A DNA stretch of 63,039 nucleotides, the filler included, from Octopus bimaculoides (Eukaryota): the NCBI RefSeq assembly GCF_001194135.2. It is 8 parts of 8 records of this genome, joined end to end, with 100 filler letters (N's around TTAATTAATTAA, not from the genome) between each part and the next. Parts side by side here need not be neighbours in the genome. Positions count along the whole stretch, not along the records: positions 1 to 22,980 come from NC_068991.1; 7 more parts are not named here. One strand, given 5' to 3'. Below the pieces are notes generated by a model, which saw nothing but the letters and a program-made list of their open reading frames with translations, searched no databases and was not told the DNA's origin. Positions 1 to 10,800 of the stretch are shown here, one piece after another. Numbering within the stretch: position 1 is the first letter of the stretch; the number at the start of each line of letters is the position of its first letter. The translations under genes were made by a program, and so were the position numbers.

Positions 1-1133
1 CCTTCATTCCTTAGAGCACATATCCTTGCCCTGACAGCACATCCTTCATGTTTGGCGTTGAAGTGTTGGTCAAGGGTCAACCTCGCCGCCAAAACATTGG
101 ATGTGATGCTGCTTGCTATAGCCTCTTCTAACTTCTTCACTAGCTCACCCTCTACTCTGTTTCTATCTACGGCTAGTGCCTTGGTATATCTAAGTGCTTC
201 AGCTTTGACTGTTCTCTTGAGGGCAAACCACCATTTGTTGTTGATGATGGCTCCCATCAAAGCCCTCTTTACTAATGTGCTAATTCAGTCTCTGAAAACC
301 TGTCTCGACGGGAAAGACGCATTTAGTTTCCAGTAACCGGGACCCTGCCTATGTGCCTTATCTAAGTCTAGCGTACACGTCATGAGTTTGTGATCCGTGT
401 AGCTGACTGTGTGGNNNNNNNNNNCCCTGCCTATGTGCCTTATCTAAGTCTAGCGTACACGTCATGAGTTTGTGATCCGTGTAGCTGACTGTGTGGAATT
501 GTGGACATCCTAAGCTATCCCTATCTATTGTCCTACACAGTATCCTATCTAGATATGATCTCGACGACCCAATGTGGTTGCTCCATGTCCACATTGGCAC
601 ATTTGGGTGGTCGAGTCGGTACCTGTCAGACAGTTGAAAGCATCTGAGCAGGTCTCTGAGGCATTTGCATCCCCTTCTATTGTTGTCTCTCCCCACGTAG
701 TCTAGATGCGTGTCCAAGGTAGCATTCCAATCCCCCACTAAAAGTAAAGGACGAGACGTTCCCAGAAATACTTCTAGACATTGAAAGAAATCCGGCCGAC
801 CTGTTAAAGGTGGTACATAGACTGCTAGGAGTCAAAAAGCAGGACAACCAGTCTACCCTCCGGGTCTACGAATATTGTCTTGACTTCGAGATCCAGACTC
901 TTGCAAAAAAGTACCGCCATGCCACTACCGCCCATCCTCGGCAGACAGGGAGAAAAAGAAATGTTAAACTGTCCGCCAAACATGGACTTTAGGGCCCATG
1001 GCTCATGGAGTCTGGTCTCACTTATGGCTATGATTCCCAAATTATGTGACTTTATGTCATTTAAGAGGTACCCTTGTTTCCAAGGAGACCCCAAACCACG
1101 CGCATTCACAGAACCAATCTTGATCATGATCAT
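1..1133 (-). pseudogene. ORF2 endonuclease and tether of the Tx1-like LINE (frameshifted, with stops)
   Basis: ORF-track pieces 825-1133 and 358-738 plus the manually translated 1-340 form one collinear APE domain. The ATG at 1133 lies about 40 nt after the ORF1 stop. Confidence 0.88.
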
Positions 1134-1174
1134 GAGTTGTGTGCTTTAAAACACAAAACGAAAGGAACAGAGAG

Positions 1175-2731
1175 TTACTTACTGTTCGAAAGTTTTGTCT
1201 CTTCCTTTGATTTTTCATCAAGGAGGCTGTAGTAAAGTTTTTTGCATAAATATTTCTGGCAGTCCCCTACCACATTGGGATAGAGAAATTTTATCGTGTG
1301 GTGCAATGTTGGTGTGATGTGGTAAATTTTTATGTGTTCTGGTGGTGTTGTGTATGGGTGGGTGTTTGTTTTAATGTCGTTTTGTGTAATGTTTGTTTTT
1401 GAGTTGATGTAGGCGTCTGTGTGTGTTTCTGTCAGTGGTTGTGTTGCTGTTTTCGTTGGTGTTGGTTGTTGGTTATTTGTGTGAGGTGTATGCGATGTGG
1501 GGGAGGGGGAATCAGTCTTTGAATTTTCTTTTCGTTTTTCTGTTTCTTCGTTTGTTGTTCTTGCAGTAGTTGTAGTCTTCTCGGTTGTTGATGATGCTGG
1601 TATTTCTTTTGTTGTTTTTTGTGTTGAAGGTGGTGTGGGCAGCAAGGTTTTTTTTACAAGTTTTGGTAGTTGTTGTTGTTGTTGTTGGTTTTTTACGGCA
1701 GCTGGGAAATCCTTTTTGAGGTGTGTCTCGCTGTCGCATAAATAACAGCAAGGCCGCCTGACCTCCACCACTACATACAATTTTTGTTCAGGTGATAAGC
1801 GTATGTATGTTGGTATTTTGCTTATTGAGTCCTCATTAATTTGGAACAGGATTTGCAGTGTCTTTCCGACCTAGTTCTGCTGTTCCGAGACAGTAATTTG
1901 GAGGATGTTTATGTCCTCCATTTCGACACATATGACCGATAGTATCCATAGTGTGTCTATCATAGGCGGGACATTTTTGATAGTAACTTTTGTTACCCTC
2001 TGCCTAAGGCAACTAGGTATCATGATGATATCTTGTGTATGAAGAGTTAGTGTTGAAAATTGTTTTGCTAATTCTTCATTTCAAAATATTACTTGAACTT
2101 GGGCAAATTTATGCCACCAAGCAACATAATCTTTATGTGACCATACAGGGCGTAAGCATTTTTCTATTTTGTCTGTGTTGGCTTGTTCTGGTCGTCTTGA
2201 CTGTGCGTTTATTACTTTGTATATGATTGTTTTTTTTGTTCGTGTTTTCTAGTGTTTGTTGAGGTATGTTTAGTTGTACCTCATTATTTTCTTTCGTAAT
2301 CAAATTTCTTGTGTCTTTTATTTGCTGTGTAGTAAAAGATACTATTGTCATTTTTGTTTCAATGCTTCTGCGAAGTTTGTTTTTATTTTGTTATTGTTGT
2401 TGTTGGTGGTGGTGGTGCTGGTGTTGATGGCAGATGTGGCAGTTGTGGTTGTATTAGTGGTGTTGTTGGTAGTTGTGATGCTAATGGTTGTGACAGAGGT
2501 TGCTGTTGTAGCAGTTCAATGACTTTTTTTTCCAGTATTGTTGTCACTTTTATGTGAAGCGGGGAGGGATGGAAAATTTTCTTCCGAATTTGAAAAGAAT
2601 TCAGCAATTTGTTTGGCGATTTTAATTTTTTCTTTCTCTCCTTCAGTTGTTGGGGTTGAAGGAATTGTTGTTGTTGTTGTTATTGTCGTTCTTGGTGGAG
2701 GTGGTGGTGCTGGTGGCAGCAGAAATTGTTG
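1175..2731 (-). pseudogene. ORF1 (gag-like) of the Tx1-like LINE
   Basis: YVVVEVRRPCCYLCDSETHLKKDFP is a CCHC knuckle with the last C changed to F. The frame has T/Q/P-rich low-complexity segments, ends in TAA at 1175, and is broken by stops upstream. Confidence 0.75.
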
Positions 2732-3687
2732 NNNNNNNNNNNNNNNNNNNNNNNNNNNNNNNNNNNNNNNNNNNNNNNNNNNNNNNNNNNNNNNNNNNNN
2801 NNNNNNNNNNNNNNNNNNNNNNNNNNNNNNNNNNNNNNNNNNNNNNNNNNNNNNNNNNNNNNNNNNNNNNNNNNNNNNNNNNNNNNNNNNNNNNNNNNNN
2901 NNNNNNNNNNNNNNNNNNNNNNNNNNNNNNNNNNNNNNNNNNNNNNNNNNNNNNNNNNNNNNNNNNNNNNNNNNNNNNNNNNNNNNNNNNNNNNNNNNNN
3001 NNNNNNNNNNNNNNNNNNNNNNNNNNNNNNNNNNNNNNNNNNNNNNNNNNNNNNNNNNNNNNNNNNNNNNNNNNNNNNNNNNNNNNNNNNNNNNNNNNNN
3101 NNNNNNNNNNNNNNNNNNNNNNNNNNNNNNNNNNNNNNNNNNNNNNNNNNNNNNNNNNNNNNNNNNNNNNNNNNNNNNNNNNNNNNNNNNNNNNNNNNNN
3201 NNNNNNNNNNNNNNNNNNNNNNNNNNNNNNNNNNNNNNNNNNNNNNNNNNNNNNNNNNNNNNNNNNNNNNNNNNNNNNNNNNNNNNNNNNNNNNNNNNNN
3301 NNNNNNNNNNNNNNNNNNNNNNNNNNNNNNNNNNNNNNNNNNNNNNNNNNNNNNNNNNNNNNNNNNNNNNNNNNNNNNNNNNNNNNNNNNNNNNNNNNNN
3401 NNNNNNNNNNNNNNNNNNNNNNNNNNNNNNNNNNNNNNNNNNNNNNNNNNNNNNNNNNNNNNNNNNNNNNNNNNNNNNNNNNNNNNNNNNNNNNNATATA
3501 TATATATATATATATATATATACATGCAAAACGAGAGAAAGCAAAAGATGGAAACTTTCAGATGATGAATTTATATGTAAATATATGTTTTTATATAAAT
3601 GGGTCCAACTTACACAGAGTACATACAACAGAGAAATTTAAAGGGGTGGAAGAAAGGTATTATAAGTCCAACAGCTGTTTCTCGTGG

Positions 3688-3926
3688 CTTGGTGATCCAT
3701 AATAATGTTGGTAGATTTAGTCCATCATAAAATTTTGCTGTATGAATGCATTTAACATAGGATGAGATGAACTTCTGTCTTCTTTGAACTTATCTGCGTT
3801 AAGATCTGAAATGTAAGATCTTCTCTACCCTGAAAACAGAGGCTCATCTCATCCTATGTTAAATGCATCCATACGGCCACATTTTGTGATGGACTGAATT
3901 GGCCAACATTATTGTAGATTGCTGAG
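3688..3926. repeat. Short foldback: 91-bp inverted arms with a 57-nt loop
   Basis: 3688-3778 aligns ungapped to the reverse complement of 3836-3926 with 17 mismatches in 91 positions (manual alignment). No TSD seen. Confidence 0.9.
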
Positions 3927-4351
3927 TTCCCAGGTGTAGGTTTTTTGACAAACTCTTGAAGTTCTTGTCAACGACTCTTTGCTGTTATTCAGGGAGTAGA
4001 TTCTTCTGTAGTGAAGTTGTACCAGAATCCCTCCAAAAGATGGCATAAACAGTGAGATGGACTTTTGAAAATATGAATTAGTAGTATCAAGTCAAATTTT
4101 GTATCAATATCTGTCTTTGCATATGTGGTAACTGTTTTTAGAATTATGTCAGATATTTGTGTTTGTTGATCTTGATCAAATTTTGTTTGCAATGCTGTCA
4201 ATTCAATGATTGGAGCCATCTCAACATATCCAAGGTGAAGCTCTCAAGTGGAAGTATTCAGATATTACACAGACAAACACATTTCTAAATAAGCCCATGT
4301 TGATATGTGTAAGTCATTTGAAATATCTGAATACAGTATAATCATATTATT

Positions 4352-5200
4352 TATTACATGGAAAAATGCGAGCAAGAGAAATAATATTCTTAAGTTTATA
4401 AACCTGGAAAATTACTGGACACTTGGAAAAGTTCAGGACAACTTATTACATCTGGTGAAGTACAGAACAAGAAAGTTTTTACTTAAAATATTGCAGCTAA
4501 GGATAAAATTTCAAATAAAATATTTAGATTTAGAAAATATTAGCTTTTATTAAAACTAAAAATTTTATTAAAAGTTATTACTTCTATTTGTTATTACTTG
4601 TTACTTCTATTAAAAATAAAAAATAACTCAAGTAAAATATTTTTCGCACATTAAAAAAATTCATTTTTTTAATTAGTAATTAATAATTAGAAATTTGAAA
4701 ATAGGTTATAAAAAATAATAGTGGTACATAATTAGTACAATAAATAAAATAATACAAAAATTAGTTATATATTACAGTAAAATCTACCTATAACAACAAA
4801 TTCACAAGTTATTGCCAAGTCTTCACATTTTTAGTCTTGACCCAATGCCTATTTTTTACATAATGAATTTGCCTACATTATATATACTATTCTACTTTGC
4901 ATAAAGCTTTAGCTATATTGGCTCTCGTTTTTTAAGTATTCTAATGTGTCAACATTTTAACAAAATGATGGTACCTTTTTTTAATTATAATGTTACTTTG
5001 TAAATTAAAATCAAATAATTTTTAATATTCAGATTTTATCCTTAGCTGCAATATTTTAGGTAAAAATTTTCTTCTTCTGTACTTCACCAGATGTAATAAG
5101 TTGTCCTGAACTTTTCCAAGTGTAACAACTTGTCCTGTAATTTTCCAGGTTTACAATCTTAAGAATATTATTTCTCTTGCTGACATTTTCCTATGTAATC
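4352..5200. mobile_element. Non-autonomous foldback/MITE, Mutator (MULE)-like
   Basis: About 160-bp TIRs (4352-4510 and 5031-5200), roughly 90% identical with one 10-nt indel, containing 29-nt subrepeats. Flanks CATATTATT (4343-4351) and CATATTTTT (5201-5209) are a candidate 9-bp TSD matching 8 of 9. Confidence 0.7.
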
Positions 5201-6077
5201 CATATTTTTTCCAGGCTATGCTATTATGCTAATTAATAATGTGTCAATTAGTGGTGTCATTGATAATTTTTTCCTTACCTCAATGACACTGGTGACATAT
5301 ATTAAAAGTCCCCTTATATAGAACTGTATTCATAAAAAAGTATAGAACTTTATTATGACCCTCAAATTTGAGAAACAAACACTCACAACTTTTTCTTTTA
5401 AGACTACATTGCATGAGATTCATACTATGAAATTCCTTGAATTGAGCTCTATCATTTAAGCTTAATTAATATATAGTTTGTTTTTAAAATAAAAAAGTTT
5501 ATACTTAAATCCAATTTTTTGCCTTATATTTTTTCCATGATCTTTTACCTCACAACTTTTTTGATACAAATGTTTGTTTAATGGGAACAAAACTATGAAA
5601 GTTTTCAGGTTTTCTTCTATCATTGAAGCTAAGATAAATATATTTTACTTTTAAAATAAAAAAAGTTATTTAGATCTAAACTTGTTTGGTGGCATTACTT
5701 ACTCTCACTATAATGTTGCTACAAATTTTGATGTAAGCTTTTTTCTACTGGATCAAATCTCAATTTTTTAATGCCAAAATGTAGCTAGGGACCAGTACTC
5801 TTCAAAAATGTTTACAGTTTTCAATTTGGTTAAGAACTGAATTAGCGACAAGCTCTGAAAGATGCATGTGAGTAAATTGTGGCCTTAAGAATATTTTTCA
5901 ATTACTACCGTAGTTGAATGATGAAATCCAAGTTTGTCAGTCAAAGACAGTTATTTCTGAATGAGAAAGTGTTCTTGATGACTACATTTAATGTCTGATT
6001 CTTATTTTTTAAGTATTAAACTTTTATCATATTTTATCAATATATTTATAGACTTGTATTTTTTTTATTTTTTTCAG

Positions 6078-6281
6078 ATTTTATGAGCATGAATTTTTTT
6101 GGTTGGTTGTTGAGAAATTCTGGAGCTTTTTATATTCAACGTAGCTTTGGAGATAACCAACTTTACTGGGCTGTATTTACAGAATATGTTCAAACACAGA
6201 TTGCAAATAGTGATAGACCACTTGAGTTTTTTCCAGAGGGAACTAGAAGTAGAACAGCTAAATCTTTGTGTCCTAAATATG
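6078..6281 (+). CDS. GNPAT: Internal coding exon of glyceronephosphate O-acyltransferase (DHAPAT), PlsC acyltransferase domain
   Basis: Polypyrimidine tract with ...ttttcag acceptor at 6077 and TATG|gtaatt donor at 6282; 204 nt, phase 1-1. Translation (D)[67 protein letters not shown](G) matches the GAFF.RR..., YWAVF.EYV and EFF.EGTRSR.AK motifs I recognise from animal GNPAT. Confidence 0.92.
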
Positions 6282-7683
6282 GTAATTTTTTGCTTTATTT
6301 TATATATCTTTTTTTTCAAATTAAAACAAAATTATGCTTTTTATTCCTTAGCAGAAATAGATCTTCTAAGAATGTAATAATTTTTAATTAAGCTGTCTTT
6401 TAATTCAAATTACTGCATATTTAATGTTTTATTGATTTCAAATCCAAAGATCTTAATTGTCTGCTTTTATTTCTTTTCTCACTAAGTAACTGTTTATATT
6501 TTATAGGTTTTATAGAGATTTACAGATGATATCAGCTGTTGATGTTGTCATAAATCACAAGTGCTTTAATTTGTGCTGATGGCATTCAAGTTTTACATAA
6601 ATACTTTGTTTAGTTCTGGATCATAAACTACTCTTTCTTACTCTTGTAATATTAAATATTTACAGATTGTTGATTGTTATCAAAAAATTTCACACCACCC
6701 ACTGTACCATTCTTTCCAGACTTTTACTTTCTAAATGCTTGAAATCCCCACCATCATTCATTATGTGTGTGTACGTACTTTTATTAAAGCTGCAAAAATC
6801 TTCACAAACTGTTACTCAGAGTTTCATGTTTCTGTTTAGAGTTTTATGCTTCCAGACAGTTGTAATGAATACTGAATTAAAACTGTGATGATACATGTAT
6901 TATAATATGATATAATATAATCCAATTCAACGAACAAGCATTTAAATTTGACTGGGTGGCTGATTTTCAAAACATAACTGTGGTTATGTTGGGTGGCTGG
7001 GGCATGTGAAAAATAACAGTAAAATGTGAATACGTTATAAGATCTTGTGTAAAATGGGGGGGGAGTGTATATTCAAAAAATAATTAATAATTAAATTGAA
7101 TGAATAGGATCGCCAGCTGGTTGTTTGAAAGATGAGATTATAATAGAATATAAATGAAAAACTATGGATGAAAAATTCAATAACGAGCATATGATGCATA
7201 GTACATAAATAAATAATGACATATACAGACATATATGCTTACATGTACATACATATATAGACAAAACATACACACATATATGCACATATACTTACATGTA
7301 CAGATATATATACTTATACATACACATGTATAAATCTACATTGTATATACGTACATAAAAATTTTGCAAGTAAAAGAAAAGAAAAGGAAGGAGAAATGAT
7401 GATAGTGATATTTGATTCTGTGGGTGAGTTGGGGAAAGAGAAAGTAAAGTAAGGAAGAGGATAGAAAGAATTGAGAGAAAGAGACAAGAAATGAAGAGAG
7501 GGGGAAAAGCAATTGGTGTTGGTTATAAGAGGGGAGGGGGAAGTAAGCTGGTAAGTTTATGAATGCTATTGTAATAAATATGTATTGAAGGAAAAGTTTG
7601 AAAGTGAGAAATATAGATAGTATAAGGGAAGATACATGGGCTTATATGTGTATCTCAGAGGGTGGTAGAAAGCATGACATATA

Positions 7684-7879
7684 TACTCTTTTTACTCTTT
7701 TACTTGTTTCAGTCATTTGACCCCAGGAAAATCGACCCCAGGACTTATTCTTTGGAAGCCTAGTACTTATTCTATCGGTCTCCTTTTGCCGAACCGCTAA
7801 TTTACAGGGATGTAAACACACTAGCATCGGTTGTCAAGCGATGGTGGAGGGACAAACGCAGACACACAAACACACATAC

Positions 7880-7913
<34 letters not shown>

Positions 7914-8087
7914 ACATATATACGACGGGCTTCTTTCAGTTTCCATCTACCAAATCCACTCACAAGGCTTTGGTTGGCCCGAGGCTATAGTAGAAGACAC
8001 TTGCCCAAGGTGCCACGCAGTGGGACTGAACCCAGAACCATGTGGTTAGTAAGTAAGCTACTTACCACACAGCCACTCCTGCGCCTG
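7684..8087 (-). mobile_element. tRNA-derived SINE, family A (head, internal microsatellite, tail)
   Basis: Head with A-box-like TGGCTGTGTGG and B-box-like GGTTCAGTCCC, central (TA)n, and a tail ending ACTGAAACAAGTAAAAGAGT. Homologous to five other copies in the window. Confidence 0.88.
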
Positions 8088-8104
8088 AGTAAAAATATAT
8101 GCAA

Positions 8105-8141
<37 letters not shown>

Positions 8142-8144
<3 letters not shown>

Positions 8145-9321
8145 ACAAGATGTGAGACTTTGGAATTGCTGGAAAACCGGGAGAGTAACTGTATGACTTC
8201 CTTGAAGACAGAAGTGAGGCAGTTGCAGCCAACGGTGCCCTTTCTGAGTAAACTCAAATTCTAAGTGAAACTTATCTTGAGGCCATTATTGTTTTATAAT
8301 ATTTCTGTGAGACATGGTCATTCAGACAGCCTCTGTCACTAGCTATGTTGATGATACAAAATTATCACAGGCAATAAAAAATCACAATGATGTTGTAAGC
8401 CTACAACAGGACCTGAATGCAAGTGGGCTGTAGTAAACAATATGCAATTTAATGCAGGAAAATTTGAAGCACTGCACCATCAACTCACAAATGTACCACA
8501 GCCTGTATTTATAGGACCCAAAGGCACTGCAATCCCAGAGTCACAGGCAGTGAAAGACTTGGGGATCAGCATGTGCAATGGTGCATCATTTCATATGCAC
8601 ATTACTAAGATGGCATCAAAGTGCAAACAACTGGCATGATAGATACTAAGGTACTTCAAGACAAGAGACCAGAAAGTTATGTTGACCCTACGGAGAACTT
8701 TTGCTTTCAGCTATGGTACCACATAGTACCAAACTAACAGCTTAGCTTGAAGCAGTCCAATGCCACTACACTAAAAAGATTGAAACAGTGCAACAGATAA
8801 GACACATGTAGAGGCTGAGAAAACTGCGACTTTATTACCTAGAGTGAATGTATGACAGATATGTAATAATCTATATATGGAAAACTTTAGAAGGGCGAGT
8901 ACCAAAATTCAGCCTTGAATGTTATACAAATGCCAGAACTGGATGCCATTGTATTGTACCAAAGGTACCATCTACTCCATCTAAATGCAGGATGATGTAC
9001 TGTAATAATCTAGTGTTCAAGGGCTCACAACTGTTCAGTGCCCTGCCACAAAAATTAAGAATTCTACATAATGTGGATGTAGATGTCTTCAAAAAGGAGC
9101 TAGACCTCCTCCTTTCATCAATACCAGATGAACCAACAACTCAACATGAGGTACAGATGAGGGCAGAAAAATCAGACTCCTTTATAAACCAAATGGGCCA
9201 ATAGCTGGGACAAAGGCACTTACAGGAGTGGTGATGTGAAACCCTCCAGCCAGAGGAAATCAGCAAGACTACAGTGGTGCTCCAGCATGACTGTAACTAT
9301 ATGGCTGAACCAAATTAAAGA
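8142..9321 (+). mobile_element. CR1-like LINE, 3' half of ORF2 RT plus 3' tail (degenerate)
   Basis: CHKM..GIAGK, AANGALS, RPLLF, YVDDTKLSQAI, MQFNAGKFEAL, YVIIYIWKTLEG and FKKELDLLLSSIPDEP, then a short 3'UTR ending GGTGCTCCAGCATG...AAAGA. Confidence 0.88.
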
Positions 9322-9476
9322 ATATATGTTTGTGTGTGTTATATATGTGTGTATGTTATATATATATATATATATNNNNNNNNNNNNNNNNNNNNNNNNN
9401 NNNNNNNNNNNNNNNNNNNNNNNNNNNNNNNNNNNNNNNNNNNNNNNNNNNNNNNNNNNNNNNNNNNNNNNNNNNN

Positions 9477-10003
9477 ATATAGGTATTTGTGTTAGGAGAA
9501 TTTGTTGGATAAATTGGAAAATGGCGATCAGTGATGTGGAGGTACTTGAGAGAAGTGGTTGTAGGAGTGTAGAATTGATGATTCTACAAAGTCGTTGGAG
9601 ATGGGGTGGACATCTGGTGAGAATGAGTGATGAAAGACCTTCTATGTAACTCTTGTATGGTGAGCAGGAAGATGGTAAGATGCCAGCACATAAACCCAAA
9701 ATGAGGATCAAGGACTGCCTCAAAATTACTCTGACATAGACAGGAGTTTCAGTTGTTGATTGAGAGAGAGCGGCACAAGACTGAAATGGATGGAGAAAAA
9801 GAGTGCTCAGTGGTTGTTTGAAGTTTGAAAGAGAGAGAATGAAGCACGAGAAGATCAAGAGAAGGCTGAGAAATAATGAACCCGTGGAAAACAAGGAAGT
9901 GTTGCTTTTTATGTGTGTGATTTGTGGGAGGAAATGTTTGAGACATGCAGGCCTGGTCAGCCATCAGAGAACTTACAGGAATCAACCCATTTGTAAACTG
10001 TAA
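9477..10003 (+). mobile_element. RTE/BovB-like LINE 3' end with C-terminal C2H2-like finger
   Basis: INWKMAISDVEVLERSG, RWRWGGHLVRMSDER, LLYGE and FMCVICGRKCLRHAGLVSHQRT. Confidence 0.85.
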
Positions 10004-10029
10004 TACATCTATTATTTACAACAGAGCAT

Positions 10030-10200
10030 GTGCAACCTGTGAAAAGGTGTGCCTTTCAGTTGACGGATCGAAAAGGCATGTCTAAAGACTTCATATTGTG
10101 GCACTTGTTCTCTCTGCCTTCCAACACAGCTGTGCATTATGCAATAGAATGTGCAAATCTCTGGTCAGACTCAAGAGTCACACAAGGGCCTCCTTTTGCA
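10030..10200 (+). mobile_element. Second short RTE-like 3' fragment
   Basis: HSCALCNRMCKSLVRLKSHTRA resembles the same terminal CxxC...H motif. Confidence 0.5.
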
Positions 10201-10467
10201 TCATCAATGACTCATTTCAATATTTACATATACTAGCTGGACCTGTGAAAAATTCACGGAGAACAAAAAATGTAAGCATCTGTAAATTGTGCTGGTGCCA
10301 TGAGAAATGTTTCTGTATTGTGACAGTTACAGAATATAGAAAGAAGTGTAAAACCGATAACTATGTAATCCAACCAGAATATCTCAGTTACACAAAAGTA
10401 AACAGAATTACTATTTAGCCTTAAAATACATTGTACATATTCAAGGAACCTCCTTGGTTTAGTGGTA

Positions 10468-10800
10468 CGGAATGGTCAAGCAGCTACTTCAGGACCCAGT
10501 CATAATACAATAAGGGCTGTGTGAGGCAGCTTTTGCCTGGACAGAAGCCATGCTGAGTTATCGTTCAGCAAGTGATTTTCTTCTAGGAATGTAATTTGTT
10601 TCTTTCTGATGATTCATTCCATGACTTTGCTAATATTTGAAGTCAGAGAGATGGGTCTGTAGTTCCCAGCCTCTGCTCTGCTTCCATCTTTATGGATAGG
10701 GCATACTATGCCTTCTTTCAGCTTTTTGGGAAGTTTACCATTTGCAAGGAAACTCTGGAAGAGTATCTGAAGTGTTCAGAGAATAACTGGGAAACCATCA
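10468..10800 (-). mobile_element. CR1-like LINE RT fragment embedded in the Helitron
   Basis: DGFPVIL/LQILFQSFLANGKLPKKLKEGIVCPIHKDGSRAEAGNYRPISLTSNISKVME...QHGFCPGKSCLTQ...DWVLK; closely similar to the CR1 copy at 21390-21540. Confidence 0.9.

Larger units (their letters stand above)
1..2731 (-). mobile_element. Tx1/L1-like non-LTR retrotransposon, degenerate: ORF1 plus 5' part of ORF2, running off the window edge
   Basis: Minus strand shows an APE endonuclease (IGSVNARGL, ISETRL, GRLVVL, LLAVYVP, VGDWNATLD, WTWSN, SYLDRIL, TDHKL) followed by GPGYWKLN and a tether region. Upstream lies an ORF1 with a degenerate zinc knuckle. Confidence 0.9.

Noticed and set aside
343-496. Perfect 72-bp direct repeat
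   Set aside because: The copies flank a 10-N gap, which indicates unmerged overlapping contig ends.
3989-4219. Protein-like 76-aa minus-strand ORF
   Set aside because: No recognisable motif and stops on both sides; possibly a TE remnant.
5381-5693. Degenerate direct repeat with about 168-bp period; also a 74-bp duplication at 45815-45962
   Set aside because: Two-copy local duplications with no further structure; ordinary for this kind of DNA.
7974-8087. SINE heads as possible tRNA genes
   Set aside because: They have A/B-box-like motifs but no cloverleaf, and they continue into SINE bodies.
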